DNA from: an uncultured Holosporaceae bacterium
GTDB lineage: Bacteria > Pseudomonadota > Alphaproteobacteria > UBA3830 > CASESI01
NCBI GenBank assembly: GCA_949290705.1
Contig: CASESI010000022.1
Location: 269,024 to 333,023, forward strand
Reading direction: 5' to 3'
DNA: 64,000 nt
Part shown: positions 1-10,016 of the stretch, one piece after another
Layout: each line of letters starts with the position of its first letter
Position numbering within the stretch: the stretch's first letter is position 1
Translations under genes and position numbers: made by a program
Notes under the pieces: model-generated
Seen by the model: only the letters and a program-made list of their open reading frames with translations
What the model was told of the DNA's origin: nothing
Databases searched by the model: none

Positions 1-819
1 AGGATCAAGTTCGTCAAGTTGTACACCTATCCAACTACGTTTCATTTTTCCGAAATTTTTTAATTGTTCAATTGCTTCTTTTATGCTATTTGATGGCATA
101 GCAAAGTTTAATCCAGAGTTACTGCCGGTTTCTGATACTATTACCGTTACAATTCCTATTACTTCTCCTTTTATGTTGAACAGAGGCCCACCTGAATTTC
201 CAGTGTTAATTGACGCATCTGTTTGTATATAGTCGACTAAATCATTTCCACCTATGTCACGTATTCTTGATGATAAATCACGAGATATACACGAGATAAT
301 TCCATGGGTTACCGTATTTCCGAAGCCTTCAGGATTTCCAATCGCCAGGGCCCAATTTCCAACGCGAATTTTGTCAGAATTTCCCCATTTTATTTCTTTT
401 AATTTTTTTGTCTCCGGAATTTTTATTTTCAGGACAGCGATATCATATTTTGCATCTCGTCCGATGATTTCCGCCTTTAGTTCGGAATTATCGTGTAAAA
501 TAACATTGATATCGTCAGCGTCTTCTATCACATGATTGTTAGTTACAATGTATCCTTTTTTATCGAATATAAATCCAGATCCAAGAGATTCTCGTAAATT
601 TTTATTATCCTTTGAGTTTTGTTTTACAGAAATATTAACAACTGAAGGAATTACATTTTCAATTATATCAGCAAAACCTTCTTGAAAATGGAAATTTACA
701 AACTTTTTATGTTGCTTCCGATTAATCTGAGTATTATTCTGTTGGATTGGTTTTGCATCAACTTTGAAGGTTAATACAGGTAAAGTACAAAATAAGATAA
801 AAACAAACAACTTTCTCAT
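1..819 (-). CDS. HtrA/DegP(DegQ)-family periplasmic serine protease, 3'-truncated by window edge
   Basis: Not in ORF track; manual translation from ATG at 819 gives a signal peptide MRKLFVFILFCTL, SLGSGFIF, VTNNHV (His), DIAVLKI (Asp), IQTDASINTGNSGGPL (Ser); frame runs off the edge. Confidence 0.93.
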   Translation of the reverse strand, partial: MRKLFVFILFCTLPVLTFKVDAKPIQQNNTQINRKQHKKFVNFHFQEGFADIIENVIPSVVNISVKQNSKDNKNLRESLGSGFIFDKKGYIVTNNHVIEDADDINVILHDNSELKAEIIGRDAKYDIAVLKIKIPETKKLKEIKWGNSDKIRVGNWALAIGNPEGFGNTVTHGIISCISRDLSSRIRDIGGNDLVDYIQTDASINTGNSGGPLFNIKGEVIGIVTVIVSETGSNSGLNFAMPSNSIKEAIEQLKNFGKMKRSWIGVQLDELDP

Positions 820-869
820 GGTAAGATTTTACATCAAAAACAATTAACTAAGAACTAAAAATAAAAAAA

Positions 870-2204
870 TTAATTTGGTGTTACAAAAGGAAAGTACAAT
901 ATAAATTCAGTATATTTTCCGTACTCTGAACGACATTCTATTTTTCCGTGAATGGACTCCATAACTTGTTTGCAATATGATAATCCAAGTCCAGAAGAGC
1001 AATTTTTACTGGAAAAAAAAGAATTAAATATGAAAGGTAACATATCACTTTTTATACCCATTGATGTGTCTCTGAAATGGAGTTCATTATACTTTCTATT
1101 GTGATTTGTCCAAATGTATATTGCACCCTTGTTATACTTTTTGATTATATACAAAGAATTCTTAAATAAATTGAAGATAACATGTAGTAACAATGTAGAA
1201 TTTCCTAACAATAAAAAATCACTAATTATATTTAAGTGTAATAATGTTTTTTCACTTGGAAAGAAGTTGTATCTTCTGATAGAGTCCTCTATTAATTGCT
1301 TAATTGATATCAATGAAACACTCTGATCGAAGTTCGATTTTATGCTTATTTGCATTAAAATCATATCTATCACGAGAAAAGAATTTTTTGTTTCCTCTCT
1401 TATAGTGTTGATGGAGTCGTACAGTGTTTTATAATTCTCTGGATCTATGTACTCAAGTCTTAATTCATTTGTGATTTCTGGATTTTTTACAATGTACTTT
1501 GATATTACTATATTGTTTTCTATTAATTTTGGTAAATAACGCTTTATTATTTGAGCATACGATGCTATTGTCCGCAAGGGAGTACGCATCTCATGTGCAA
1601 TGACATTTGCTAAATTCTCAGCTGCATTTAATTTATATTTTCTAGATTTTTCTCTCAAATACAATAAAAATGCCGAAAATATTGCGACATATACGGTATA
1701 GATAATATCATGAACGAATAGTGATGAAAACTTAATAACTTTGATATCATATACGCAACTAAATATCGTTGTAGAAAGTAGAACACCTGATAATACTAAA
1801 ATAAACCCAGTGAAAATGTTTGTCAGTATCATAATTTGGAAAATACCGACGAAAAAATCCATCAGAACAAATCCATCGAAGGAATTTACAAGTGTTAGAT
1901 AAAAATCAAAAGTAGGAATAGTAATGACCAACAACAAATACCAAATATAAATCTTCAAATATTGGCATTTTACTGGCCAGTAATTTTTTAAGGATAATAA
2001 TACACATAACAAAATAGAGAGCAATCTTAATCCAAAAACCTCTTGTTCGTAAAACTTACATCCTAATCCATTAGCAGCATAGAATGCCACAAAAAAGATC
2101 ATAGAAAAGATAGAGTAAGGTATGAATAAAAACTCAGCATCTTCTGAAGCGTCTTTAAAATTGTCTCGAAAAAAAATACTCAACTTCTTTAATATGTTAT
2201 TCAT
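870..2204 (-). CDS. Membrane sensor histidine kinase, CqsS/LqsS-like
   Basis: About six N-terminal TM segments with LRLLSILLC..LKNYWP..Y..Y.WY; H-box IAHEMRTPL; N-box NLFKNS; G2-like GLGLSYCK; no receiver domain. Confidence 0.85.
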   Translation of the reverse strand: MNNILKKLSIFFRDNFKDASEDAEFLFIPYSIFSMIFFVAFYAANGLGCKFYEQEVFGLRLLSILLCVLLSLKNYWPVKCQYLKIYIWYLLLVITIPTFDFYLTLVNSFDGFVLMDFFVGIFQIMILTNIFTGFILVLSGVLLSTTIFSCVYDIKVIKFSSLFVHDIIYTVYVAIFSAFLLYLREKSRKYKLNAAENLANVIAHEMRTPLRTIASYAQIIKRYLPKLIENNIVISKYIVKNPEITNELRLEYIDPENYKTLYDSINTIREETKNSFLVIDMILMQISIKSNFDQSVSLISIKQLIEDSIRRYNFFPSEKTLLHLNIISDFLLLGNSTLLLHVIFNLFKNSLYIIKKYNKGAIYIWTNHNRKYNELHFRDTSMGIKSDMLPFIFNSFFSSKNCSSGLGLSYCKQVMESIHGKIECRSEYGKYTEFILYFPFVTPN

Positions 2205-2227
2205 AATTATATTATATCATTTCCTTG

Positions 2228-2267
2228 TATATCTACATGATACACTATTTACTCGTGTGTAGATATA
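2228..2267. promoter_or_regulatory. 10-bp inverted repeat in the divergent kinase/motA intergenic region
   Basis: TATATCTACA (2228-2237), 20-nt spacer, TGTAGATATA (2258-2267). Confidence 0.45.
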
Positions 2268-2296
2268 TAAAATTTTAGTTAAAATGGAGTATAAAC

Positions 2297-3163
2297 ATGC
2301 TGTTCATAATTGGTACAATTGTCATTATCGTATGTGTGATAGGCAGTTTTGCGATAATGGGAGGACATCTTGCAGTTCTTAATCAACCGTATGAATTGGC
2401 GATAATTTTTGGGTCAGCTTGTGGGGCTTTAATCATTAGTAATCCATTTTCTAATATTAAAAAAGTTTTGGGCGCTTTAAAAGAAATGCTTGTGTGTAAA
2501 ATGAATACGAAAGAGTCGTTTATAGAATTATTATCTGTACTTTATGTTGTGTGTAAGTTTTCGAAAAGCAAAGGAAATATTAAATTAGAAGCACACGCCG
2601 ATAATCCTGAAGAAAGTGCAATTTTTACGGAATACCCGGGTTTTTTAGAAAAGAAAGAAGCTGTCCAATTATTATGCGATGCGCTAAGGGTGATTATAAT
2701 TGGAATTACTAATCCTCACCAAATTGAAGAATTGATGGAGGAAGAAATTTCAACATTTTCTAAGGAGTGTTCTGAAATTAGTGGAGCAGTAGAAGCAATG
2801 GCCGATGGACTGCCAGCACTTGGTATCGTTGCTGCTGTTCTTGGTGTTATTAAAACAATGGGGCATATTAATGATGCACCAGAAATTTTGGGAGGACTCA
2901 TTGGGTCGGCTCTTGTTGGTACATTTTTGGGAGTTTTACTAGCATACGGATTTGTAGCGCCTATTGCAAACATAATCAAGAAATTACATAACGATAGGAA
3001 GAGGTATTTGGAATGTATAAAAACAGCCGTAATTGCACATTTATCTGGGTGTGCACCTGCTATTAGTATCGAATTTGCAAGGAAAACTATATTTGCAGAT
3101 ATAAGACCTACGTTCCAAGAGTTAGATCCAATTTTAAATTCACTATCAATTCCTAATGCATAA
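2297..3163 (+). CDS. motA: Flagellar motor stator protein MotA
   Basis: GGHLAVLNQPYEL, ADGLPALGIVAAVLGV, ALVGTFLGVLLAYG, EFARK..RPTFQEL. Confidence 0.95.
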   Translation: MLFIIGTIVIIVCVIGSFAIMGGHLAVLNQPYELAIIFGSACGALIISNPFSNIKKVLGALKEMLVCKMNTKESFIELLSVLYVVCKFSKSKGNIKLEAHADNPEESAIFTEYPGFLEKKEAVQLLCDALRVIIIGITNPHQIEELMEEEISTFSKECSEISGAVEAMADGLPALGIVAAVLGVIKTMGHINDAPEILGGLIGSALVGTFLGVLLAYGFVAPIANIIKKLHNDRKRYLECIKTAVIAHLSGCAPAISIEFARKTIFADIRPTFQELDPILNSLSIPNA

Positions 3164-3164
3164 A

Positions 3165-4484
3165 TTATTCCTTCATTTGTAATATATTTTCTAATTGTTG
3201 ATAAGATTCTGATAATGTGGATTTTTCGTTAGGTTTTTGTTTTAGGAAATCGAATAGTTTTTTATAGTAAAAAATAGCTTCATCTATTTCAGGGTTGCTA
3301 CCTTTTTTATAAGCGCCAATTTTAATTAATTCCTCCATATTGTAATAATTTGCTAGGTGTCGTCGTGCAGTTGTGACAATTTCATTTTCGTGGTTATTGT
3401 TGCACCCAGGCATAGTCCTTGAAACACTTTTTAAAATATTAACAGCAGGAAGGAGTCCTTGGTTAGCTAAGTTTCTATCAAGTACGATATGTCCGTCGAG
3501 TATACCACGAGTCGTATCTGAGACAGGTTCATTATCATCATCTCCTTCAACTAATACTGTAAAGATTCCTGTTATACTTCCTTTTCCAATTGTTGGTCCT
3601 GTTCTTTCAAGTAATGCTGGCATCTCAACAAAAACACTTGGGGGATAACCTTTTGTTGTTGGTGGTTCCCCAATTGCAAGACCAATCTCTCTCTGTGCCA
3701 TTGCAAATCTTGTTACACTATCAATCATGCATAATACATCTTTACCGAGTGATGCAAAGAATTCAGCAATTGTGACAGTTAAGTATGCGGCTTGTTTTTT
3801 TGATAATGCAGAATCGGCAGATGTTGCAACAATAACGATTGCTTTTTTAAGACCTTCTTCCCCCAAAGATTGTTGTAGAAATTCTTGTACTTCTCGACCT
3901 CGTTCTCCAACCAAACCTATCACAATAATATCCAAATTAGTGTATTTTGTAATCATTGACATTAAAATAGACTTTCCTACACCGGATCCCGCGAAAATAC
4001 CCATTCTTTGTCCTTTGCAGCATGTTAAGAAAACATTTAGTGATCGTACGCCAAGATCTATTTTTCCTGCCACGAGATTTCGTTTCATGGCATCAGGAGC
4101 TTTCCTATGTATAGATATAGTTTCTCTTCCTTGAATTAAAGGACCTTTGTCATCTATTGGATTTGCGAAGCAGTCAATTACTCTTCCTTGCCAAGATTCG
4201 TGTGGTGTTACTGCTAATTCAGAATTTAAATATTCAACTTTTTGATTTATATAAATTCCATTTTGAGAATCAAATAACATTAAATATGCAGTATTTGAAT
4301 TAAAGCCGATTACTTCAGCTTTTTTTACTGTATTATTTTCAGAAAAAATGAGAGCTAAACTCCCAATTTTTATATTGTTATGTAATGTTGAAGCCTCGAT
4401 CAATAACCCTTTTACATTTTTTACGAAACCAAAATGACGAAATGTTTTTATATCGACATTGAAATTAACAGCCTCAAGTAACAT
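3165..4484 (-). CDS. fliI: Flagellar export ATPase FliI
   Basis: GQRMGIFAGSGVGKS, GERGREVQEF, DSVTRFAMAQREIGL, GEPPTTKGY, ILDGHIVL. Confidence 0.93.
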   Translation of the reverse strand: MLLEAVNFNVDIKTFRHFGFVKNVKGLLIEASTLHNNIKIGSLALIFSENNTVKKAEVIGFNSNTAYLMLFDSQNGIYINQKVEYLNSELAVTPHESWQGRVIDCFANPIDDKGPLIQGRETISIHRKAPDAMKRNLVAGKIDLGVRSLNVFLTCCKGQRMGIFAGSGVGKSILMSMITKYTNLDIIVIGLVGERGREVQEFLQQSLGEEGLKKAIVIVATSADSALSKKQAAYLTVTIAEFFASLGKDVLCMIDSVTRFAMAQREIGLAIGEPPTTKGYPPSVFVEMPALLERTGPTIGKGSITGIFTVLVEGDDDNEPVSDTTRGILDGHIVLDRNLANQGLLPAVNILKSVSRTMPGCNNNHENEIVTTARRHLANYYNMEELIKIGAYKKGSNPEIDEAIFYYKKLFDFLKQKPNEKSTLSESYQQLENILQMKE

Positions 4485-4507
4485 TTTAAAAATGTACTAA
4501 AAAAAAA

Positions 4508-4522
4508 TTAATAAAAAATTAA
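4508..4522. promoter_or_regulatory. Candidate CtrA box upstream of fliI
   Basis: TTAA-TAAAAAA-TTAA; exact TTAA-N7-TTAA, but in very AT-rich DNA. Confidence 0.35.
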
Positions 4523-4541
4523 AAAGAAATTTTACAAATAA

Positions 4542-6674
4542 TTAATCACTTTTTTGATTGTCGGAACAGCAGCTATCATCTTGCAAATTTTTATCAGAGT
4601 GTGCTTCAAGGCGCATCGATAATCTAATTTTCCCTTTTGTTCCGCCTGGAATGACGATAACATCTATTTTATCTCCTTCTTTCAGAATATCAGTTACTTC
4701 ATTAACACGTTGATCTGACATTTCGCTGATATGTAAAAATCCTTCCTTATTATCTGCAATTTTTACAAAAGCACCTGATTTTATAATTTTGACGACAGTA
4801 CCTACATATATTGATCCTTCACTAGGTCCCATGACGGCGAGTTTTATCATATCCAAAGTTTTTGCCATCATCTCATAATTATTTGCAAAAATCTTAACTT
4901 CGCCATTTTCAAGGACATCGATTTTTGATGATGTTTTATCCGTAATGTCCCTAATAACTTTTCCGCCTGGCCCAATTAGGTCTGCAATAGAGTATTCCGG
5001 TATACGAATTATTTTCATTTGTGGTGCAGATGCGTTCAAAGTGTTTCGAGGAGCTGGTATTGTATCGTACAAAATTTCTAAAATCTTGTTGAGTGCGATG
5101 CGAGCTTTAGAAACAGCGGATGAAACTATCTCACGGTTAATATCGTGAACTTTTATATCCATTTGAAGAGCTGTTATTCCTTTGTTCGTGCCTGCAACTT
5201 TAAGGTCCATATCACCAAGGTGATCTTCATCGCCCATAATATCAGTTAAAACTGAAAAATTTCCATTTTCTGCTTTAATAAGCCCCATAGCAATTCCCGC
5301 AACATGTGATTTAACAGGGACTCCACCATCCATTAATGCAAGACTTGAAGCACATATCGTTGCCATCGATGATGACCCGTTTGATTCCATAACTTCAGCA
5401 ACTAATCTTATTGTATAAGGAAAGGATTGTTTTGATGGGATTACAGAATTTAAAGCTTTAAATGCTAACTTTCCGTGCCCAATTTCTCTTCTGCTCACTG
5501 CTCCGAGTTTCGTTGCTTCGCCAACACAATAAGGTGGAAAATTATAATGTAAATAGAAGGATTCTCTAGTTTCTCCTTCTAATGTTTCCGCAATCTGCTC
5601 ATCAGAATAACTACCAAGTGTTAGGAATGATAAAACCTGTGTTTCACCTCTTGTGAATAACCCAGTTCCGTGCGTACGGTTAAATAGGTCAATTTCTGTA
5701 GAGATTGGTCTTATATCATCCAAGCCTCTACCATCGATACGAATAGATTTGGTTGTTATCATGGATTTTAATATTTCACTTTCTACCTTATGAAACATCG
5801 CTTTCGATAAATCCTGATCCAGTGCATCGTGTGATGAGAGAAAATCGTTTAACACTTTATTAAGTACAGCGTGTCTTTTTAATTTTTCTCTTATTTTAAA
5901 AGCTTCGAGAATTGCAGGTGTACAGACAGATTTAACCTCGTTATAAGTATCAAAATATTTAGAATCATGAGGCGCTGGAATGAAAACTTCCCTACTTACT
6001 TCACTTGCAAATTCATTGATCATGCTTATGACAGGTTGATAATTTTCATGAGCAAACCATATTGCATCAACCATTTTTGAATCTTCAACTTCTTTCGACT
6101 CAGATTCAACCATTATTATTCCATCTTTGGTTCCTGATACGACAAGTTGAATTAAGGAATTATTATCGGTTTGAGCTTTTTGATGATAAAAATTACCATT
6201 ACCATCAAGGCCAACGGAACAAGAGGCAACAGGTCCTGCAAAAGGAATGCCAGAAATCATCAAAGCAGCCGATGTTCCTATGATAGTAGGAATCTCAGGT
6301 GCGTAATTCGGATCATAACTTAATACTTGACAGATAATCTGTGTCTCATTTCTAAAATCTTCATGAAATAAAGGTCTCAAAGATCTATCAATTAACCTTG
6401 ACACTAATACCTCTCTGTCACTTGGTTTTCCCTCTCTTTTTGAAAACCCACCAGGAAATTTACCTGCAGCATAGGGTTTCTCTATATAGTGAACACCAAG
6501 AGGAAAAAAATCCACTTCATCAGAAGGAGTTCTATCGAATACAACTGTACATAAGATAACAGTATTCCCATATGTAACAATAACAGCACCATCGGCTTGT
6601 CGAGCTATTTTCCCAGTTTCAAGGGATAACACAGCACCATTCCAATCAATCTCTTTTCTTACAACACTAAACAT
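4542..6674 (-). CDS. pnp: Polyribonucleotide nucleotidyltransferase (PNPase)
   Basis: LETGKIARQADGAV, RREIGHG, ESNGSSSMA, EDHLGDMD, KH (IGPGGKVIR) and S1 domains; alternative TTG start at 6680. Confidence 0.97.
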   Translation of the reverse strand: MFSVVRKEIDWNGAVLSLETGKIARQADGAVIVTYGNTVILCTVVFDRTPSDEVDFFPLGVHYIEKPYAAGKFPGGFSKREGKPSDREVLVSRLIDRSLRPLFHEDFRNETQIICQVLSYDPNYAPEIPTIIGTSAALMISGIPFAGPVASCSVGLDGNGNFYHQKAQTDNNSLIQLVVSGTKDGIIMVESESKEVEDSKMVDAIWFAHENYQPVISMINEFASEVSREVFIPAPHDSKYFDTYNEVKSVCTPAILEAFKIREKLKRHAVLNKVLNDFLSSHDALDQDLSKAMFHKVESEILKSMITTKSIRIDGRGLDDIRPISTEIDLFNRTHGTGLFTRGETQVLSFLTLGSYSDEQIAETLEGETRESFYLHYNFPPYCVGEATKLGAVSRREIGHGKLAFKALNSVIPSKQSFPYTIRLVAEVMESNGSSSMATICASSLALMDGGVPVKSHVAGIAMGLIKAENGNFSVLTDIMGDEDHLGDMDLKVAGTNKGITALQMDIKVHDINREIVSSAVSKARIALNKILEILYDTIPAPRNTLNASAPQMKIIRIPEYSIADLIGPGGKVIRDITDKTSSKIDVLENGEVKIFANNYEMMAKTLDMIKLAVMGPSEGSIYVGTVVKIIKSGAFVKIADNKEGFLHISEMSDQRVNEVTDILKEGDKIDVIVIPGGTKGKIRLSMRLEAHSDKNLQDDSCCSDNQKSD

Positions 6675-6739
6675 CAACAAATTCCCATAAAAAATTTTGC
6701 TTACAAGAAAGTCGATCTTGTAAGTCTTTTATACACCAA

Positions 6740-7009
6740 CTATTTTCTCAAATCGAGAGCTTTGATAATCGATGAATATCTATTGAAATCAACATTTTGT
6801 AAGTATTTCAATAATTTTCTTCTCTTTCCAACAAGACATGTCAAACCGCGCAAAGAATGATAATCATGCCTATGCTCTTGCATATGCAATGTTAAATTTC
6901 TAATTCTTTCTGTTAATATAGCGATTTGTACTTCAGCAGAACCGGTATCACCTGCTTTCTTCTGAAATTTTGTTATCAATTCTTGTTTTCTTTCAGTTGT
7001 TATCGACAT
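6740..7009 (-). CDS. rpsO: 30S ribosomal protein S15
   Basis: DTGSAEVQIAILTERI..L..H; ATG at 7009 with upstream GGAGG; truB-rpsO-pnp synteny. Confidence 0.96.
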   Translation of the reverse strand: MSITTERKQELITKFQKKAGDTGSAEVQIAILTERIRNLTLHMQEHRHDYHSLRGLTCLVGKRRKLLKYLQNVDFNRYSSIIKALDLRK

Positions 7010-7061
7010 CTTTATTACCTCCACAGTAATTAATTAAAAGCGAGAACAGTGAAGAGCAAAA

Positions 7062-7946
7062 TCAATCCTTAAAAACCCTTAAAGGATGCAAAATGCCATT
7101 CTCGACCTTTCCAAGACCAACAAAATGTTTATTACAATAAACCCTAGATACAGCTACATCTTCACATGCAACCCTTTGGAACATTCCGTTAAAAAATTTA
7201 ACAGTATCCAAAATATCAAGAGCCGGGATGTCGTCCAGTACAAAATCCATTGGCCTCATATAACATTGTACATCATTAACATCATTTTTTAAAAGATTTT
7301 CTAATGTAACGGAATTTTTTATGTTAAAGTTATATGATTTTGTTCTTTGTAAAGTTTGCAGATAACATAATGCATTTAACTTTTTTGCAATGTCTACAGC
7401 TAAACTTCTGATGTAAACACCTTTATTGCAAGAGACATAGATTTGTGTTACGTTATCTTTATGATTAAGTACCTCAATATTATTTATATATATTTTTTTT
7501 GGTTGAATTGTTACTTCAATTCCCTTCCTAGTTAAATCACATGCGCGTTTTCCATTAATTTTTACAGCAGAGAAAATAGGGGGAGTTTGCTCGGTTTCAC
7601 CTATGAAATCTTGGATGGCAGTTTGAATTTCTGCAATAGAAGGTACTTTTTTATTACGGTCGATAACTCTACCATCAACATCAAAAGTATCCCTATGCTC
7701 CCCCCAGCATAGCTCAGCAACATATTCTTTCGAAGAGTTTTCAATATAATACAGCAGTTTTGTTGCATGACCTATTGCTATTGGTAACACTCCGCTTGCG
7801 AATGGATCTAATGTTCCAAGAAACCCTGTTTTTTTTGTTTTTAATAGATATCTAATCTTAGAGTTCACTGCATTAGATGTCATGCCAGATGGTTTGTTGA
7901 TTATCAACCATCCGTTGATATTAGAATCATTCCTATTCTTCATCAT
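7062..7946 (-). CDS. truB: tRNA pseudouridine(55) synthase TruB
   Basis: NGWLIINKPSGMTS, GTLDPFASGVLP, QTPPIFSAVKING, KGVYIRSL. Confidence 0.95.
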   Translation of the reverse strand: MMKNRNDSNINGWLIINKPSGMTSNAVNSKIRYLLKTKKTGFLGTLDPFASGVLPIAIGHATKLLYYIENSSKEYVAELCWGEHRDTFDVDGRVIDRNKKVPSIAEIQTAIQDFIGETEQTPPIFSAVKINGKRACDLTRKGIEVTIQPKKIYINNIEVLNHKDNVTQIYVSCNKGVYIRSLAVDIAKKLNALCYLQTLQRTKSYNFNIKNSVTLENLLKNDVNDVQCYMRPMDFVLDDIPALDILDTVKFFNGMFQRVACEDVAVSRVYCNKHFVGLGKVENGILHPLRVFKD

Positions 7947-8205
7947 TTGATATTTTTTTATCTTGAAAATTTCTGGGTGATATTTGGTTTCGTTGATTTA
8001 TGTCTTTTTTTGTTTTATTTATCAATTTTGTTATTGGGTTCTTGTAATCTAGAATAGACGATCTTTGAATTTGTTCTCTCAGGGAGGTATATTCGTTGTC
8101 TGAGTCGTCAATACAATTACAAAATATCCTTTCTGATAAAGAATTCTCGTGTGTAAAAATCACAAATGAAATCACTGCACACGTAGTAAATAGACGATTA
8201 TACAT
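7933..8205 (-). CDS. Hypothetical small protein with predicted signal peptide
   Basis: Fills the pyrH-truB gap on the same strand; hydrophobic N-terminus MYNRLFTTCAVISFVIF. Confidence 0.55.
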   Translation of the reverse strand: MYNRLFTTCAVISFVIFTHENSLSERIFCNCIDDSDNEYTSLREQIQRSSILDYKNPITKLINKTKKDINQRNQISPRNFQDKKISNDEE

Positions 8206-8221
8206 AACACAAAATTATAAA

Positions 8222-8926
8222 TTACTTTATGATAGAGAATTTTCCATTACCATTTAAAATATTCAAGATATTACCTTGAGTTTTTAAAGAGCCAACGATG
8301 ATTGGCATTTGATTTACTTTTGCTAATGAAATAGCAGGTAAGTCCATAATTCCCAAATTATGCGAGAGAACTTCGTCATAGGTGAGTTCGTGATAAAACT
8401 CGGCATTAGAGTTTTTTACAGGATCATCTGAGTATACACCGTCAACCTTTGTGCATTTTATAACTGCATCAACATCCATTTCTAGTGCTTTTAATATAGC
8501 AGCGGTATCAGTGGAGAAATAGGGATTTCCGGTTCCTGCTGCAAAGATCATAATGGTGCCATTTTTTAAATTTGATTTTGCTGAGTCAATGTCAAAATGT
8601 GAACAAATTCCAGGGATACCGATACTTGACATAACATCAACTTTTAAGTTTAACCTCTTTAAAAATTCACTTAATGATAATGCGTTAATTACAGTTGCAA
8701 GCATTCCTATGTAATCAGCTTTTTCTCTTTCAATGCCATTTTCTTTTGCAGAAGATCCTCTGTATATGTTTCCTCCACCAACTACGATACTTATTTCAAG
8801 TCCTTGTTTTGAAATTGTACATATCTCTGCAGAAATAGATCTTAATATATCGAAATCAATACCGGTTTTAAAATTACCGGCAAAGTGTTCGCCTGATATT
8901 TTAAGTAATACTTTCTTAATATTCAT
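8222..8926 (-). CDS. pyrH: UMP kinase
   Basis: VLLKISGE, VVGGGNIYRG, ADYIGMLAT, GTGNPYFSTD, TKVDGVY. Confidence 0.96.
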   Translation of the reverse strand: MNIKKVLLKISGEHFAGNFKTGIDFDILRSISAEICTISKQGLEISIVVGGGNIYRGSSAKENGIEREKADYIGMLATVINALSLSEFLKRLNLKVDVMSSIGIPGICSHFDIDSAKSNLKNGTIMIFAAGTGNPYFSTDTAAILKALEMDVDAVIKCTKVDGVYSDDPVKNSNAEFYHELTYDEVLSHNLGIMDLPAISLAKVNQMPIIVGSLKTQGNILNILNGNGKFSIIK

Positions 8927-9006
8927 AGTTTACAATATATCAGAATTACGATTTTTTGATTATAAAAATCTTAATTTTTTATTTGCATAAGTATCGGAGA
9001 GCGATA

Positions 9007-9294
9007 ATGTTGAAAAGAATGATGTTCGCAATTGTAATTACGAATTGCGTATTTGCGTATGATACAGTAAAAAAAACAGGGCCAATGCCAGGAGTGATGA
9101 TTAATAGAAAGGTTGCAGCGGCTAAACAAACTTTTTTGAATCGCCAAATTGCATTTGAGGATGAAGATCAAGGGGTAGTTGCGATTCAAGATGATGAAGT
9201 TTGTGTGGAATTGAAGAAAAATCCATTTTTGAACAACACAGTTAATGATGTGCAATACCATGCTAGAAAAAATTTAATGAGTAGTAGAAAATGA
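9007..9294 (+). CDS. Hypothetical secreted protein
   Basis: GGAG RBS before ATG 9007; signal peptide MLKRMMFAIVITNCVFA; stop overlaps next start (ATGA). Confidence 0.65.
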   Translation: MLKRMMFAIVITNCVFAYDTVKKTGPMPGVMINRKVAAAKQTFLNRQIAFEDEDQGVVAIQDDEVCVELKKNPFLNNTVNDVQYHARKNLMSSRK

Positions 9295-9920
9295 AAATAT
9301 GTACATGTTTTCTAGTATCAGTTTTGGGGCTAAATTTTTATGCAATTACCGAAAATTCAACACAAGCGAAAACAGTTTATGATGAGCCAGATGTTTATAA
9401 CGGATTTTATAGTAGTAATTCAGCATTGGTAGACGATTTTGTGAAAAATTTACGTCAAAAGTTAGAAAATGCAAAAGATAAGCAAATAAATAAAGCTGAA
9501 TATCAACTCTTAAGGACAGAACAACTTTTAAGGAATTGTATAGCAATAATAAAAAAATGGCATTGTACAAAAAATGATTCTGTGAAGATGACAAAAGATG
9601 ATTTAACAGACATGTTAAAAGGTACAAGTTATTTTGATGATATTAATGTTAAAGATTCAGAGACTGCAAAAAAGTATGTTAACGGTGTTTGTAAAGCACT
9701 AGGGTGCGAAACTTTAAACAAGGATGTTTTTAAAAGTGCGTATTTGTCTTGTTCTATAATTAGTATTTTGCTGAAAGTAGCAGAAATCAAGAAAAAGATA
9801 GTTGATTCAAGCAATGATGTTATAGTATCTAAGCTAAAGACGAGCTTAGCAGAATTGGTAAAAAACAACATCGTTCCTATAACTAATAAAGAAATACGAA
9901 AATTAAATTCAACAAAATAA
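9291..9920 (+). CDS. Hypothetical secreted protein
   Basis: 209 aa; signal peptide MKICTCFLVSVLGLNFYA; translationally coupled to upstream ORF. Confidence 0.7.
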   Translation: MKICTCFLVSVLGLNFYAITENSTQAKTVYDEPDVYNGFYSSNSALVDDFVKNLRQKLENAKDKQINKAEYQLLRTEQLLRNCIAIIKKWHCTKNDSVKMTKDDLTDMLKGTSYFDDINVKDSETAKKYVNGVCKALGCETLNKDVFKSAYLSCSIISILLKVAEIKKKIVDSSNDVIVSKLKTSLAELVKNNIVPITNKEIRKLNSTK

Positions 9921-10016
9921 TTTATCGTCAATTAGCATATTAATTATTTGTTTTATTAATTCTTAATTTTTTTTATAATCAATAAATATTTTTATCTATT
10001 TTTAGGTGCATGATCT

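Noticed and set aside
254-535. Plus-strand 93-aa ORF
   Set aside because: Antisense shadow of the HtrA gene on the minus strand (1-819)
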